From: a virus
Lineage: Duplodnaviria; Caudoviricetes
Length of the DNA: 49,210 nt
Reading direction: 5' to 3' (one strand)
IMG/VR virus record: IMGVR_UViG_3300048575_000478
Span: 1 to 49,210 of that record
In this document: one piece after another, positions 27,079 through 37,544 of the stretch
Layout of the letters: each line of letters opens with the position of its first letter
Position numbering within the stretch: the first letter of the stretch is position 1
The notes under the pieces: model-generated
Told to the model about the DNA's origin: nothing
Databases searched by the model: none
The model's input: only the letters and a program-made list of their open reading frames with translations
Translations under genes and position numbers: made by a program

Positions 27079-27645
27079 ATGGCATTGACAATTAAAAGAC
27101 AAAAAGACAGCCGCGTTGTGAAGTGTGTACTTCACCGTGTTGCTGACATTCCCGGTGGTGTAACCGTATCGGTTGCCAACTTGGGTGGTTCTGCATTGTT
27201 CGAGGGTACGCCTATTGGCAAGGGTTCAAATGGATTGTATCAGGTGTGCAAGACCGCACAAATCATCACTGATGCAACCAATACGGCAACAACTTATGAT
27301 GTTGCGAAAGGACACCATTTCAAAGTGGGCGACCGTTTCGCGACTGATGGCGCAAATGGACAGTTGATTACTGCAATCGACAAGTCCGATGCTGCAAAAG
27401 ATGTTATCACCGTTGGAACAACCCTTGGTGCGGCTATTACCGCCCCGGTATGCGCCTTTGAATCAAGCGGAGCAAACAAGACGTTGAAAGTTACCCCAAT
27501 CGCTTATGCGGGTTCAAACGAAGATGTTACCACCGGTGACAATCTCTTTGTTTCGGCTTGGGTTATCGGCGTTGTGAAAGAAGCTAATGCACCAATCGTG
27601 AATGATGCGATTAAAACCGCATTGAAAGGTGTAATTTATGTTTAA
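27079..27645 (+). CDS. Head decoration protein
   Basis: Lies between scaffold and major capsid; DIPGGVTV...GTPIG pattern. Confidence 0.6.
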   Translation: MALTIKRQKDSRVVKCVLHRVADIPGGVTVSVANLGGSALFEGTPIGKGSNGLYQVCKTAQIITDATNTATTYDVAKGHHFKVGDRFATDGANGQLITAIDKSDAAKDVITVGTTLGAAITAPVCAFESSGANKTLKVTPIAYAGSNEDVTTGDNLFVSAWVIGVVKEANAPIVNDAIKTALKGVIYV

Positions 27646-27664
27646 CCCCTAAAAAGAAACAGAT

Positions 27665-28771
27665 ATGCAAAAGTCATTAATGATTGGGTTGAATGAAAAA
27701 GATATGGAAGCCGTAATTCACACTTACGACCTCAAAGCATATTATTATCCAACCCTTTTCCCACTGAAAGAAACAAACTTTTTGACGTGGAAGATGCTTG
27801 AAGCGCAATCCGGTTTGAAGATTGCCGCCGACCTTGTTTCAAGGGGTGCAACCATTCCGAGAAAGACACGTGAAGCAATTTCACGTATTCAAGGAGATAT
27901 TCCCAAAATCACCATTTCGCGTGAAAAGAACGAGGATGAATTGACAGAATACGACATTCTTGTTGCTATGTCGTCAAACAACCCGGACTTAAAAGCGCTT
28001 GTTGAATTTTGGGCGCAAGATACCAAGTTTTGTTGGGATGGCGTGGCAGCACGTGCCGAATGGATTGCATTACAGCAAATTTCATTGGGCAAGGTGAAGT
28101 TCACCAACTCAAACAATGCCGCCGTTGTCACTGAATACGATGTGGATTATCTGATTCCATCGGCTCAAAAGATTGGCGTTAACACTTCATATACCGCCGG
28201 TATTGCCGGAAAGCCTCTTACAAAGGATTTCCCCGCCGCTCTGAAACTTGGAAAGTCCCTTTATGGTGCAACTTACAAGTTTGCATTTATGAATGTTGAC
28301 ACATTCGAGAAATTGGCAGCACAAGAAGAGGTTTACAAGAAGTGTGCAACATTCATTCAGAATGTAACCGACACACAGGATGCCCCCGATTTGGCAACTG
28401 TAAACGCTTACTTGACCAAGAAGAAAGAATTGTTCCGTGGTCTGCAAATCATCGTGATTGACCAAGATATTACGATTGAACTTGCTGATGGAACGCGCAC
28501 AACTTCAAATCCGTTTGAAGATGATGTAATTCTTTTCAGTGAAAGCAAGGTTCTTGGAAACACCTATTGGAAAAGACCAATTGATGCAAAGAAATTGGCG
28601 GGTGGTGTTGCTGAAAAGGTGATGAACGGGCATACTTTGATTAAAAAGTATTCCAACGAATCACCGGTTCAGGAAGTAACCGAGGGAATCGCAAACCTTT
28701 TCCCGGCTTGGAACTTGGCAGGTCGTTCAGTGCTTATGCAGGTGAACGCAACTTCTTGGAACAAGAATTAA
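27665..28771 (+). CDS. Major capsid protein (lambda E-like)
   Basis: 368 aa; GDIPKITISR, ARAEWIALQQISLGKV, DVDY; followed by a hairpin. Confidence 0.82.
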   Translation: MQKSLMIGLNEKDMEAVIHTYDLKAYYYPTLFPLKETNFLTWKMLEAQSGLKIAADLVSRGATIPRKTREAISRIQGDIPKITISREKNEDELTEYDILVAMSSNNPDLKALVEFWAQDTKFCWDGVAARAEWIALQQISLGKVKFTNSNNAAVVTEYDVDYLIPSAQKIGVNTSYTAGIAGKPLTKDFPAALKLGKSLYGATYKFAFMNVDTFEKLAAQEEVYKKCATFIQNVTDTQDAPDLATVNAYLTKKKELFRGLQIIVIDQDITIELADGTRTTSNPFEDDVILFSESKVLGNTYWKRPIDAKKLAGGVAEKVMNGHTLIKKYSNESPVQEVTEGIANLFPAWNLAGRSVLMQVNATSWNKN

Positions 28772-28774
28772 ACC

Positions 28775-28804
28775 AATGGTGGGTGCTTAACCGCACCCGC
28801 CGTT
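28775..28804 (+). terminator. Hairpin after the capsid gene
   Basis: AATGGTGGGTGC-TTAACC-GCACCCGCCGTT. Confidence 0.6.
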
Positions 28805-28820
28805 ACTTATCAAGCGTATT

Positions 28821-29141
28821 ATGGCAATGACAAACAAACAATACTTGACCAAAGCACTGAATGGGTTGAACGTTTCGGATGATGATATAGATATTATCCT
28901 TTTGAAAAGTTCGCTTGATGGTGAAGCCGCCGTTGATGTGTTGGCGTGTAACAAATCGGTGTACAACCGAATGTCCATTGTCCTTAAAGGGGCAACACAA
29001 AACGTTCAAGAGGGCGGATATTCTATTTCATGGAATATGGAAGCCGTCAAACTCTATTACAACGCATTATGCAACGAATTAGGCTTGGAAAACGTGTTGG
29101 TTGGTCGCCCTAAAGTTCGTAACCGTTCAAATTCTTGGTAA
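28821..29141 (+). CDS. Head-tail connector (DUF6706-like)
   Basis: NVQEGGYSISWN...PKVRNRSNSW; synteny after capsid. Confidence 0.65.
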   Translation: MAMTNKQYLTKALNGLNVSDDDIDIILLKSSLDGEAAVDVLACNKSVYNRMSIVLKGATQNVQEGGYSISWNMEAVKLYYNALCNELGLENVLVGRPKVRNRSNSW

Positions 29142-29476
29142 TGGCATTGAAACAATATCCACATTACTTGTTCGCAATTGTCGCGGGCGGTGAATCCGTC
29201 CAGGATGAAGACGGAAATTGGAGTGATTCAGAATCAACCCCAACACTTATTTCGGCATGTCGTGAAGAAACGAACAACCGAGGTACAGAATTGCAGGTTG
29301 CCGGTGGAACATTCCATGTTTTTGCTTCATTGATTCAATTGCCAAAGAATGCCCCGAAAGTTGAAGTTGGCACAAGCATTTTTGTTTCTGACAATGCGGA
29401 CGGCACGGGTGTACGTGTAACCGGTTCGGCTTTAAAGTTTGAAGCCGGACAATTACATTCAAGGCTATGGGTATAG
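29141..29476 (+). CDS. Head closure / head-tail joining protein
   Basis: Synteny; QDEDGNW...CREE...GQLHSRLWV. Confidence 0.6.
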   Translation: MALKQYPHYLFAIVAGGESVQDEDGNWSDSESTPTLISACREETNNRGTELQVAGGTFHVFASLIQLPKNAPKVEVGTSIFVSDNADGTGVRVTGSALKFEAGQLHSRLWV

Positions 29477-29931
29477 AAGCAAAGTTCACAAAACAAGACG
29501 TTGAAAAGCGTTATGCTGCATTCGTTGAACAAATTGAAAAGCAGCAAATAAAACGCTTGCAGATGCTTGGTGAAATGTGTGTCAACCATGCCCGGAATGT
29601 ACCAATGGAACAAGGGTTTCAAGACCAAACGGGAAATTTGCGTTCGTCTATTGGTTACATGGTTTTCGTTGATGGTGTAGCGGTTCATAGCATGTTTGAG
29701 CAAAGAAAAGAGGGTGCGCAAGGTGTGAAAGCCGGTGAAGCTTTAGCCCAAAGGGTTGGAGAAAGAAACCCACAAGGTGTTTGCCTTGTAGTAACCGCCG
29801 GTATGAATTACGCCTTGTATGTCGAAAGCAAAGGTCGTGACGTGATAACAAGCGCGGAACATCTTGCCCAAAGAGAATTGCCAAGGATGCTTGAAAAATT
29901 GGTTTCTAACATTAAAAGTGCTGCGGAATGA
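29467..29931 (+). CDS. HK97 gp10-like neck protein
   Basis: DQTGNLRSSIG and AGMNYALYVE motifs. Confidence 0.75.
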   Translation: MGIEAKFTKQDVEKRYAAFVEQIEKQQIKRLQMLGEMCVNHARNVPMEQGFQDQTGNLRSSIGYMVFVDGVAVHSMFEQRKEGAQGVKAGEALAQRVGERNPQGVCLVVTAGMNYALYVESKGRDVITSAEHLAQRELPRMLEKLVSNIKSAAE

Positions 29932-30341
29932 AAACAACATTTGATACTGATGCAATCCTTTTTGCCTTGCTGAATTCTTCACCCGTAAAGAACGCTATTG
30001 GTGGCGGAATTTATGTTGGTGACGACCGTCCGGCTGATTCCACCGATGAAGATATAGTTGTGAATAGTATTAGCCTTACACAAGACTTCTTGCCACAAAT
30101 AGGAACTTCAAACGTGAACATCTATGTTTCGGATGCCAACAAGAAAATAAAGGGTGTGCAACAACTGCAAGCCAACCGCACACGATTAAAGGCATTGTCT
30201 GAAAAGGCAATGGCTGTATTGAGAGGTGCGAACATTACAGGGTTGAAGTTGATACCTGAAAGCCAAATAACATTGGCAGAACCAAGTGTAAAGCAACACT
30301 ATGTAAATATTCGTATTACGTGGAACATTCAAATAGATTAA
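29928..30341 (+). CDS. Tail terminator-like protein
   Basis: Synteny before the tail tube gene; GGIYVGDDRP. Confidence 0.6.
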   Translation: MKTTFDTDAILFALLNSSPVKNAIGGGIYVGDDRPADSTDEDIVVNSISLTQDFLPQIGTSNVNIYVSDANKKIKGVQQLQANRTRLKALSEKAMAVLRGANITGLKLIPESQITLAEPSVKQHYVNIRITWNIQID

Positions 30342-30344
30342 ATT

Positions 30345-30842
30345 ATGAGTTTAATAACTTTAGGGTTAGCCCAAATTAAAGTTGGTGAAGCCGCACCGAA
30401 CGGAACAATGCCAACCGCTCTTACTAAAATTGGTAAGACGTACAAGGACACGGCGAAAATCGGACAAGATGCCGCCGAGGTTACCGAACATTTCGAAGAG
30501 GGTAAATCAGCCCCGGAAGTTCGCAAGAAACAAAAGAAGATTCCAAAATTGACATTCTCAATGATGGATGCCGATGTTCAAGCACTGATTGATTATATCG
30601 GTGGAACAAACGTTGGTACTGAACTTGCGCCAAAATGGGGTTTTGATGGCGATGAAATCGTTGCGAACAAAGCCATTTTCGTGGAGACGGAACAAGGCTT
30701 GAACTTTGAAATTCCAAATGGTGACATTGAAGCGGTGATTAACGCCGATATGTCCGCCAAAGGTATTTTCCTTGTAGAGTTCACCGTAACCCCCTTGGCT
30801 GTTACAAGTGGTAAAGCTATTCGTGGCGTGCCAAAAGTGTAA
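30345..30842 (+). CDS. Major tail (tube) protein
   Basis: 165 aa, synteny, followed by a terminator and chaperone genes. Confidence 0.7.
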   Translation: MSLITLGLAQIKVGEAAPNGTMPTALTKIGKTYKDTAKIGQDAAEVTEHFEEGKSAPEVRKKQKKIPKLTFSMMDADVQALIDYIGGTNVGTELAPKWGFDGDEIVANKAIFVETEQGLNFEIPNGDIEAVINADMSAKGIFLVEFTVTPLAVTSGKAIRGVPKV

Positions 30843-30867
30843 CATGAAAGGGTATGTATAAACGCCG

Positions 30868-30904
30868 AAAGCCCCAAGAACCAACGTGTTTTCGGGGCTT
30901 TCTT
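30868..30904 (+). terminator. Intrinsic terminator
   Basis: AAAGCCCC...GGGGCTTT followed by TCTT. Confidence 0.6.
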
Positions 30905-30922
30905 GTTAAATTTTAAATAGCA

Positions 30923-31489
30923 ATGGACAATAAGATACTTGAACAAGAAAAAGCGGAATTGAACGCCCTTATCAACAAAGGCGTATCATTCGAGGTTGCA
31001 GATACCAAAATTGAGGTGAAACGCCGATTCTTTGGCTTGATAAAAAAACGTGTGGTCGTTGAAGTAAAACGGCAATTCAAAATCGAAGAACCGACACTTG
31101 GAACACTTGACCGCCTTTCGGCTGAATGGATTGAATTTGCCATTGATGAAGCCGCTTTGCAATCCGATGATGGTATGCAGAAAGCCCGAACACTTGCACA
31201 CAGCCATTCAATGCGTTGTGCCAAGGTTGTTGCACTTGCAGTGCTTGGGTCTAATTATTTGATACCTACACCCGGAAAAGGCGGGGTTGTCCGCTATGTT
31301 GAAGATACAAAGGAATTGGAATACTTGACCTCTTTATTTGCCCGTCAAATCAAGCCGTCAAAGTTGTACCAATTATATGTGCTAATCAATGCAATGTGCA
31401 ATCTTGGGGATTTTTTGAACTCTATTCGATTGATGTCCGCCGACCGAACAACAATGCCGATTCGGATAGAGGAAAACAACGTGGGTTAA
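30923..31489 (+). CDS. Tail assembly chaperone (G-like)
   Basis: Between tail tube and tape measure; in-frame T-TTT-TTG at 31411-31417. Confidence 0.7.
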   Translation: MDNKILEQEKAELNALINKGVSFEVADTKIEVKRRFFGLIKKRVVVEVKRQFKIEEPTLGTLDRLSAEWIEFAIDEAALQSDDGMQKARTLAHSHSMRCAKVVALAVLGSNYLIPTPGKGGVVRYVEDTKELEYLTSLFARQIKPSKLYQLYVLINAMCNLGDFLNSIRLMSADRTTMPIRIEENNVG

Positions 31490-31698
31490 ACAGTCCGCAC
31501 GGTCGGCGAGGTGCGATTTTAGCGCATTTTGGTTGGACTATGGATTACCTATTGAATGGCATTGCATGGTCAATCGTGCAAAGAATGATGATTGATGCAC
31601 CAAGCTACGATATGGATGCGGCGGATGGTGAAGAAACAATTGCGTTGACCGAAAGTAATAGTGATGATATAATGAATTACGTTAATAATTTGATGTAG
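31411..31698 (+). CDS. Tail assembly chaperone extension (T-like), probably reached by -1 frameshift
   Basis: The -1 frame is open 31396-31698 and ends 2 nt before the tape measure start. Confidence 0.6.
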   Translation, partial: FFELYSIDVRRPNNNADSDRGKQRGLNSPHGRRGAILAHFGWTMDYLLNGIAWSIVQRMMIDAPSYDMDAADGEETIALTESNSDDIMNYVNNLM

Positions 31699-31700
31699 AT

Positions 31701-34700
31701 ATGGCAGAAATTGACGGCGGGGCGTTGTCTTTCAAGTCCGTAATGGACAACGACCAAATAAATACAGCAATCGAAGAAACATTGCGCCGCGTGCAAGGTT
31801 TGTCCGATGGTACGGTTGCAGGCGGCAAAAAAATGGATGCCGCTTTTGATGCAACCGCCGATAACATAAGAAATGCCTTGGGACAAATTGGCACAGCTTG
31901 TGAAATGCACGAAAAGGAATTGCAAAATCTTGAATCAGAATATCAACGTCTTGGTCAAAAAGCAAGCGCGGCATTTATGGCGGGGCGTGATGAAGAATAT
32001 AATGCAATTACCAATCAACAAACAGCAATCAAAGGTGAAATAACCGTAAGGGAAAGACTTTTGCAAGAATTGCGCGACCACTCCAACGAATTGGAAAAAG
32101 TCGCCCAAAAACAAGACGAAAACCGACAAAAAACGGAAGAAAATGGCAATGCGCAAATTTCCATGCGTTCGCGGATTAAGTCGTTGCGTGAAGAAATGAT
32201 GTTATTGGTTGACCAAGGTATTGATGAACAATCAGAAGCATACCAACGGCTTAAAGGCGAACTTGGGCGATTGATTGACATTCAAAGTGACGTTGCCCAA
32301 CAAGGGCGTACGCTTGCGAATGATGAACAAAAGTTTCAGGGTATTATCACCGGGCTTTCCGGTTTAGCGGGTGGCTTTTCGGCAGTGACCGGGGCGGTTG
32401 GTTTATTTGCGGGTGAAAATGAAGACTTGAACAAGGTTATGACCAAGGTTCAATCCGTTATGGCAATCACCATTGGTTTGCAGCAAGTCGCCCAAACTTT
32501 GAATAAAGATTCAGCGTTCCAACTTGTAACCCTTAATAGTTTAAAAGAATGGTGGCGAAATGTTGTTGTCCAAGCCACGGTTGCAGAAACCGCCGAAACG
32601 GTTGCGACAACGGCAAATACAGCCGCACAAGAAGCAAATGCAGCGGCAACGGCGGCAAATACAGCAAGTGAGGTGACTAATACAGTGGCAACCGGCGCAC
32701 AAGCAACGGCGGCAACCGCGGGTACAGTTGCAAACATTGGTCTTGCCGGTGCATTCCGCTTGGTCGGTGTTGCCATTAAGTCAATCCCGGTATTCGGGTG
32801 GATTCTTGCGGGTATATCTGCATTGATTGGTTTGTACGCATACTTTTCCAGCAAAGCAAGTGAAGCAAAAAAAGCACAAGAAGAATTTTCCAAAGCAATG
32901 ATTGATGGTTGTTATAAGCCAATCGGTACAGTTCAAAGCCTTTCGGAAAAATACACAGAACTTGGCGACAACTTGGAAGCTAAAAAAATATTCATCGAGC
33001 AAAATAAAAAGGCGTTTGATGAATTGGGTGTATCGGTTAATGATGTGGCGGATGCTGAAAAGTTATTCAACAACGGCGCACAAGCATTTATTGATGCCCA
33101 AATTGCTAAAGCCAAGGCAACGGTTTACATGCAACAATCAATGGAAAAGGTAAAGAAGCAAATGGAATTGGAACAAGAAGTTTCCCAAATGCCTGATAAA
33201 AAAACCGTGTACACTTCTTATGGAATGTATGGCACTGGCTATTCATACGAAACAGAAAACACCGCCAAGACCAAAAAGAAAAAGGAATTGGAAGATTTGA
33301 AAGTTGAAATCAAAACGGGTTATCAGAATGCAGCAAGTGAGGAACAAAAAGGGTTTAATATTCTGAAAAAAGCCGGTATCAATGGTGCAAATACCTATAA
33401 AGCCGGAACAATTGGGGCTATTGAACAAGCCCTTTCCGCAAAACAAGATGCACTTAAAAGACTTTCAGACCCAAGCCAAATAAAAGCAAACATCAAAGAG
33501 ACCGAAAAGCTGCAAAAACAATTGGATTCCTTGACCGGAAAAAAAGAGAAACCCACAAAGGAAAAGACCAAAGACCCATTTTTGGAAAAACTCGAAAAGC
33601 AGAAAGCCGAATACACCCGCTTTATGAAATGGATTAATTCAGGTGACCAAATTATTGCTAAAGCAGCAAGCAAGGAATTTGCCGGCTTATTGAAGCAAGG
33701 TTCATCATACATTGATTATTTAAAAAATCAACGTGAACAAATACTTGCCGTTGATGTTGCCAATCGTTCAAAAGCTCAAAATAAACAATTACGCACATTA
33801 AACGACCAAATCGCCGAGGAAACCAAAAAGACCGTTTTGGAAGCGTTTAACAACGAGTTAGCCGACCAACTGACAAATGCCAAGACAGTGATGGAAATGT
33901 TGAATATCATTGCCCAAAAACGTAAAGCGTTGGCAAATGACAACACAGAGGTTGACAATGGCAAAAAGGATACCTTGGACGAAGCCGAAAAAACCGCCTT
34001 GCAAAAGCAAAAAGAGGAAACCGATTCTTTGTTGGAAGAATACGCATCGTATTTGGATAAAAAAATAAAATTGGAAATGGATTACAACGATGATATTACA
34101 TTACTTGAAAAACGCCGTTCCCAAGCCACCACGGATGCCGACAAGGAAAAGATAACCCAAGCCATTGCCAACCGCACCAAACAGTATAAAAAGGATACAA
34201 AAGGGACGGGTGACACTGATTATGATGCAATGGTTCAAGAATACGCCAACTTTGAGCAAAAGAAACAAGCAATCATTGACGAATTCGATGAAAAGCGAAA
34301 AAGTGCGGTTGAGCATGGAAATACTCAATTGGTTGAAGAATTGAATAAGGCGCAAGCAAAAGCCCTTTCAAGCCTTGCCACCAATGAAATGAAAGAAAAT
34401 CCAAACTTTGAAAAGTTATTTGGAAACCTTGACGAACTCACAACCCAAAAGTTGGATGAATTATTGGCAATGTTTGATGGCAAAACGGCATTCTTGGGTG
34501 TTGATTTTGACCCAAAAGACCTTGAATCAATCAAACAAAAGGTTGAGAGTATAAAAGGAGAGATTCAACAAAGAAATCCATTTAAGGCTCTTATTTCTTC
34601 ATTCAAAGAATATTCCAATGCCACTGACGATGAAAGCAAGAAAAAGAGCTTGACAAAGATGTTTAGTTCCGCGTCTTCATCTATTGATATGGTCAAAGGA

Positions 34701-35795
34701 ACATTCGATTCGGTTGTTTCCGGGCTTGACAAAATGGGTATTTCGGCGGATGAACAAACATCGCAAGTCCTGAACGACATTGGTGGAATGATGGAGGGTG
34801 CAAGCCAATTGGCGCAAGGTATAGCAACGGGCAATCCGTTGGCGATTATCCAAGGGTCAATTGCTCTTATATCCAACGGTTACGACTTGATATTTGGCGG
34901 GAAAGACCGCCGGGCTGAAAAGTCTATAAAGAAACATCAAGAAAACATTGAAAAATTGTCAAACGCATACAAACAACTTGAATGGCAGATTGATAAGGCT
35001 TTAGGTAGTGCAGTATATCAAAACCAACAAGCGGCAATTGCTAACATGAAGCAACAACAAGTTGAATTGCTTGGAATGATAAGTGATGAAGAATCGAAAA
35101 AGAAAACAGATAGTGGCAAAATTAAGGAATGGCAAGAACAAGTCAACGAACTTGACCGCAATATTCAAGATGCCATTGATGAAATTTCAAAAGATATTCT
35201 TCAAACTGATGCCAAGACGTTTGCCGATGAATTGGGCGATGCTTTAGTTGAAGCGTTCGGAAAGGGTGAAGATGCCGCGGATGCTTTCAGTGACACCGTG
35301 AATAAAGTATTGAAAGAAGCCGTATTAAACCAACTTAAAAAAAGATTCCTTGAAACACAGTTGCAAGGGGCTTTGGATGGTTTGGAAAAATCAATGGGAT
35401 ATTGGAATGGTGACAACTTTATATTTGACGGCTTGACCGATGCCGAAATTGCAAGCTTCAAAGAAAAGGTTGCATCAATTACAGGCAATTTCAATCAGGC
35501 TTTGGGCATCTATTCGGACTTATTCAAAGATATTTCGACAACTGAAAGTGATACTTCTTTGACCGGTGCGGTGAAAGGCGTTTCAGAAGAAACGGCATCA
35601 TTGATTGGTGGACAAATGAACGCAATGCGTATCAACCAACTTGAAGCAACGGCAATTATGAGACAACAACTTGCGGCATTATCGGTGATTGCCAACAATA
35701 CGTCTTACAATTATCATTTGGCTAAATTAGAAAGAATCGTTTCATTGCTTGAATCGCAATCGGGTAACTCTTTGCGTTCGCAAGGTTTATCGTAA
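31701..35795 (+). CDS. Tape measure protein
   Basis: 1364 aa, helical, Ala/Lys/Glu-rich with hydrophobic segments; synteny. Confidence 0.9.
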   Translation: MAEIDGGALSFKSVMDNDQINTAIEETLRRVQGLSDGTVAGGKKMDAAFDATADNIRNALGQIGTACEMHEKELQNLESEYQRLGQKASAAFMAGRDEEYNAITNQQTAIKGEITVRERLLQELRDHSNELEKVAQKQDENRQKTEENGNAQISMRSRIKSLREEMMLLVDQGIDEQSEAYQRLKGELGRLIDIQSDVAQQGRTLANDEQKFQGIITGLSGLAGGFSAVTGAVGLFAGENEDLNKVMTKVQSVMAITIGLQQVAQTLNKDSAFQLVTLNSLKEWWRNVVVQATVAETAETVATTANTAAQEANAAATAANTASEVTNTVATGAQATAATAGTVANIGLAGAFRLVGVAIKSIPVFGWILAGISALIGLYAYFSSKASEAKKAQEEFSKAMIDGCYKPIGTVQSLSEKYTELGDNLEAKKIFIEQNKKAFDELGVSVNDVADAEKLFNNGAQAFIDAQIAKAKATVYMQQSMEKVKKQMELEQEVSQMPDKKTVYTSYGMYGTGYSYETENTAKTKKKKELEDLKVEIKTGYQNAASEEQKGFNILKKAGINGANTYKAGTIGAIEQALSAKQDALKRLSDPSQIKANIKETEKLQKQLDSLTGKKEKPTKEKTKDPFLEKLEKQKAEYTRFMKWINSGDQIIAKAASKEFAGLLKQGSSYIDYLKNQREQILAVDVANRSKAQNKQLRTLNDQIAEETKKTVLEAFNNELADQLTNAKTVMEMLNIIAQKRKALANDNTEVDNGKKDTLDEAEKTALQKQKEETDSLLEEYASYLDKKIKLEMDYNDDITLLEKRRSQATTDADKEKITQAIANRTKQYKKDTKGTGDTDYDAMVQEYANFEQKKQAIIDEFDEKRKSAVEHGNTQLVEELNKAQAKALSSLATNEMKENPNFEKLFGNLDELTTQKLDELLAMFDGKTAFLGVDFDPKDLESIKQKVESIKGEIQQRNPFKALISSFKEYSNATDDESKKKSLTKMFSSASSSIDMVKGTFDSVVSGLDKMGISADEQTSQVLNDIGGMMEGASQLAQGIATGNPLAIIQGSIALISNGYDLIFGGKDRRAEKSIKKHQENIEKLSNAYKQLEWQIDKALGSAVYQNQQAAIANMKQQQVELLGMISDEESKKKTDSGKIKEWQEQVNELDRNIQDAIDEISKDILQTDAKTFADELGDALVEAFGKGEDAADAFSDTVNKVLKEAVLNQLKKRFLETQLQGALDGLEKSMGYWNGDNFIFDGLTDAEIASFKEKVASITGNFNQALGIYSDLFKDISTTESDTSLTGAVKGVSEETASLIGGQMNAMRINQLEATAIMRQQLAALSVIANNTSYNYHLAKLERIVSLLESQSGNSLRSQGLS

Positions 35796-35824
35796 CTAAT
35801 GTGTATCACTATAATACAATTATC

Positions 35825-36337
35825 ATGAAGATAGCAAAAGAACTTGCCAAGGAAGCCAAAAGAAAAGGAATATGCGAACCTTGGTATAAAGAATTGAAAA
35901 CCCTTGAAGACAAAAGGGCTATGGTGGCAATGTATGTGAAAGGCATTGATTTTTGCCTTTCACATGATTACCCAAGTAATGACTACATACGTGCCAATTT
36001 TAAGGGCGTGATGGAAAGTTTCGGGGTGTTTCTTGATGATAATATCAACATCGTGAATTTCCGCCGTTGCATAGCCCTTGGCAACACAAAAGGACGTGTT
36101 GAAATTGGTTCTTATGGAGTTTGTGAGATTTTCGCAAAGCATGAATCAGAATTGGCAATCATAGCCAAAGACAATGCCTTTGTGGAAATTGATGTATTTG
36201 ATAATTCCGTGATTCATGTTCATGCACAAGACCGGGCAAAGGTGCATATCAACCGATATGAGGGTGGAAAAGTAACCACCGACACAATCGGTGATGCGGT
36301 GATTAAAATAGTCGAAAAACTTAAAAAAACTTATTGA
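35825..36337 (+). CDS. Hypothetical tail-region protein
   Basis: ATG at 35825 preferred; AKRKGICEPW...KGIDFC. Confidence 0.7.
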   Translation: MKIAKELAKEAKRKGICEPWYKELKTLEDKRAMVAMYVKGIDFCLSHDYPSNDYIRANFKGVMESFGVFLDDNINIVNFRRCIALGNTKGRVEIGSYGVCEIFAKHESELAIIAKDNAFVEIDVFDNSVIHVHAQDRAKVHINRYEGGKVTTDTIGDAVIKIVEKLKKTY

Positions 36338-36338
36338 T

Positions 36339-37544
36339 ATGGATTCAAATAGTGTAATACTGAATATGCCCTTTGATGAAAGCAATGGTTCAACTATTGC
36401 TTACGATTACAGCCAAAACCGTGCGGATGGTCAAGTATTAGGGGCTTCATTTGTTGCCGGTAAAAATGGCAATGCAATCAAATTCGGGGGTTCTGATACT
36501 TGCGAGGTTGCAAAGAACATAATTACCAATATGGCAATGGACTTTTCAATGTTGATGTGGGCACAAAGTAGCGACATTGATTGTGGTTCACCTCAAAAAT
36601 TCATTTGGCTTTTGAATTTTTCCGGTGTAAAAAATTACGTTGAAGTGCCTATTGAAGCAAAGCCCGGAACATGGTTTTCACTTGCAGTGACAAGGCGCGG
36701 TTCTGTTTTCAACTTTTACGTCAACACATCTTTGATTAAGACAATCACCAATGCGGGCGCATTACAAGGTGTGTCCCTGAATCAAGACTATTATGGTGGA
36801 AATTATGGATTGGGCTTGCTTGATGATGTCAAGTTTTACAGTGTCGCGTTAACTCAAAGCGATTTGATTGAAGCATTATCAAACAGCAAGCAACAAGCAT
36901 ACAGATTGGACGGCGTGGACTTGAAAGAATACGGCGTGTATGTGTCTGATTCCAAGGGTGTAGTAAATCGCCCAAAACTCAAAGATATGGCAAAAGTATC
37001 ATGGGATAATTACCACGGGGAAGCGGTGGACTTGCAACATAAATTTTATGAACCGCGGGAAATCACATTGTCGTGCTTTATCAAAGCTAATTCAAAGAAT
37101 GATTTTATCACACAAGTTTCAAAGTTTGAGCAATTATTCGATGTCAAGGGTACGCAACGACTTGTGATTGATGTTCACCCTATCAAGCCATTGATTTATG
37201 AAGTCTATTGCCAAGATGAAATCAATATCACGAAAAAATGGAATGATGATTTGATGGTTGGAACATTTGACTTGAAATTGATTGAACCCGAACCGGTGAA
37301 ACGCATATTGAAACATATTCGGGTTGGTGATTCGACAAAGACTTGTACAATCACCATGACCACCACAAAAATGGTCAATATCTATTGGGGTGACGGTACG
37401 GTTGATTATGATGTTAGTGGTACGGCAATTACGCTATCCCATGTGTATGAAACAAACGGTGATTATTTCCCTGTGATAACCGGATGTGTTGACGAAATAA
37501 CAGACTTCACAACCAATGCAATTATAGTATGGAACAAATTATAA
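36339..37544 (+). CDS. Distal-tail-like protein with an N-terminal LamG/ConA-like domain
   Basis: FDESNGSTIAYDYS...GNAIKF...DDVKFYSVALT (LamG), then YEPREITLSCFI (Dit-like). Confidence 0.65.
   Translation: MDSNSVILNMPFDESNGSTIAYDYSQNRADGQVLGASFVAGKNGNAIKFGGSDTCEVAKNIITNMAMDFSMLMWAQSSDIDCGSPQKFIWLLNFSGVKNYVEVPIEAKPGTWFSLAVTRRGSVFNFYVNTSLIKTITNAGALQGVSLNQDYYGGNYGLGLLDDVKFYSVALTQSDLIEALSNSKQQAYRLDGVDLKEYGVYVSDSKGVVNRPKLKDMAKVSWDNYHGEAVDLQHKFYEPREITLSCFIKANSKNDFITQVSKFEQLFDVKGTQRLVIDVHPIKPLIYEVYCQDEINITKKWNDDLMVGTFDLKLIEPEPVKRILKHIRVGDSTKTCTITMTTTKMVNIYWGDGTVDYDVSGTAITLSHVYETNGDYFPVITGCVDEITDFTTNAIIVWNKL

Noticed and set aside
32570-32740. Ala/Thr-rich GCAACGGCGGCA repeats in the tape measure gene
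   Set aside because: Ordinary low-complexity tape measure sequence with no TR similarity
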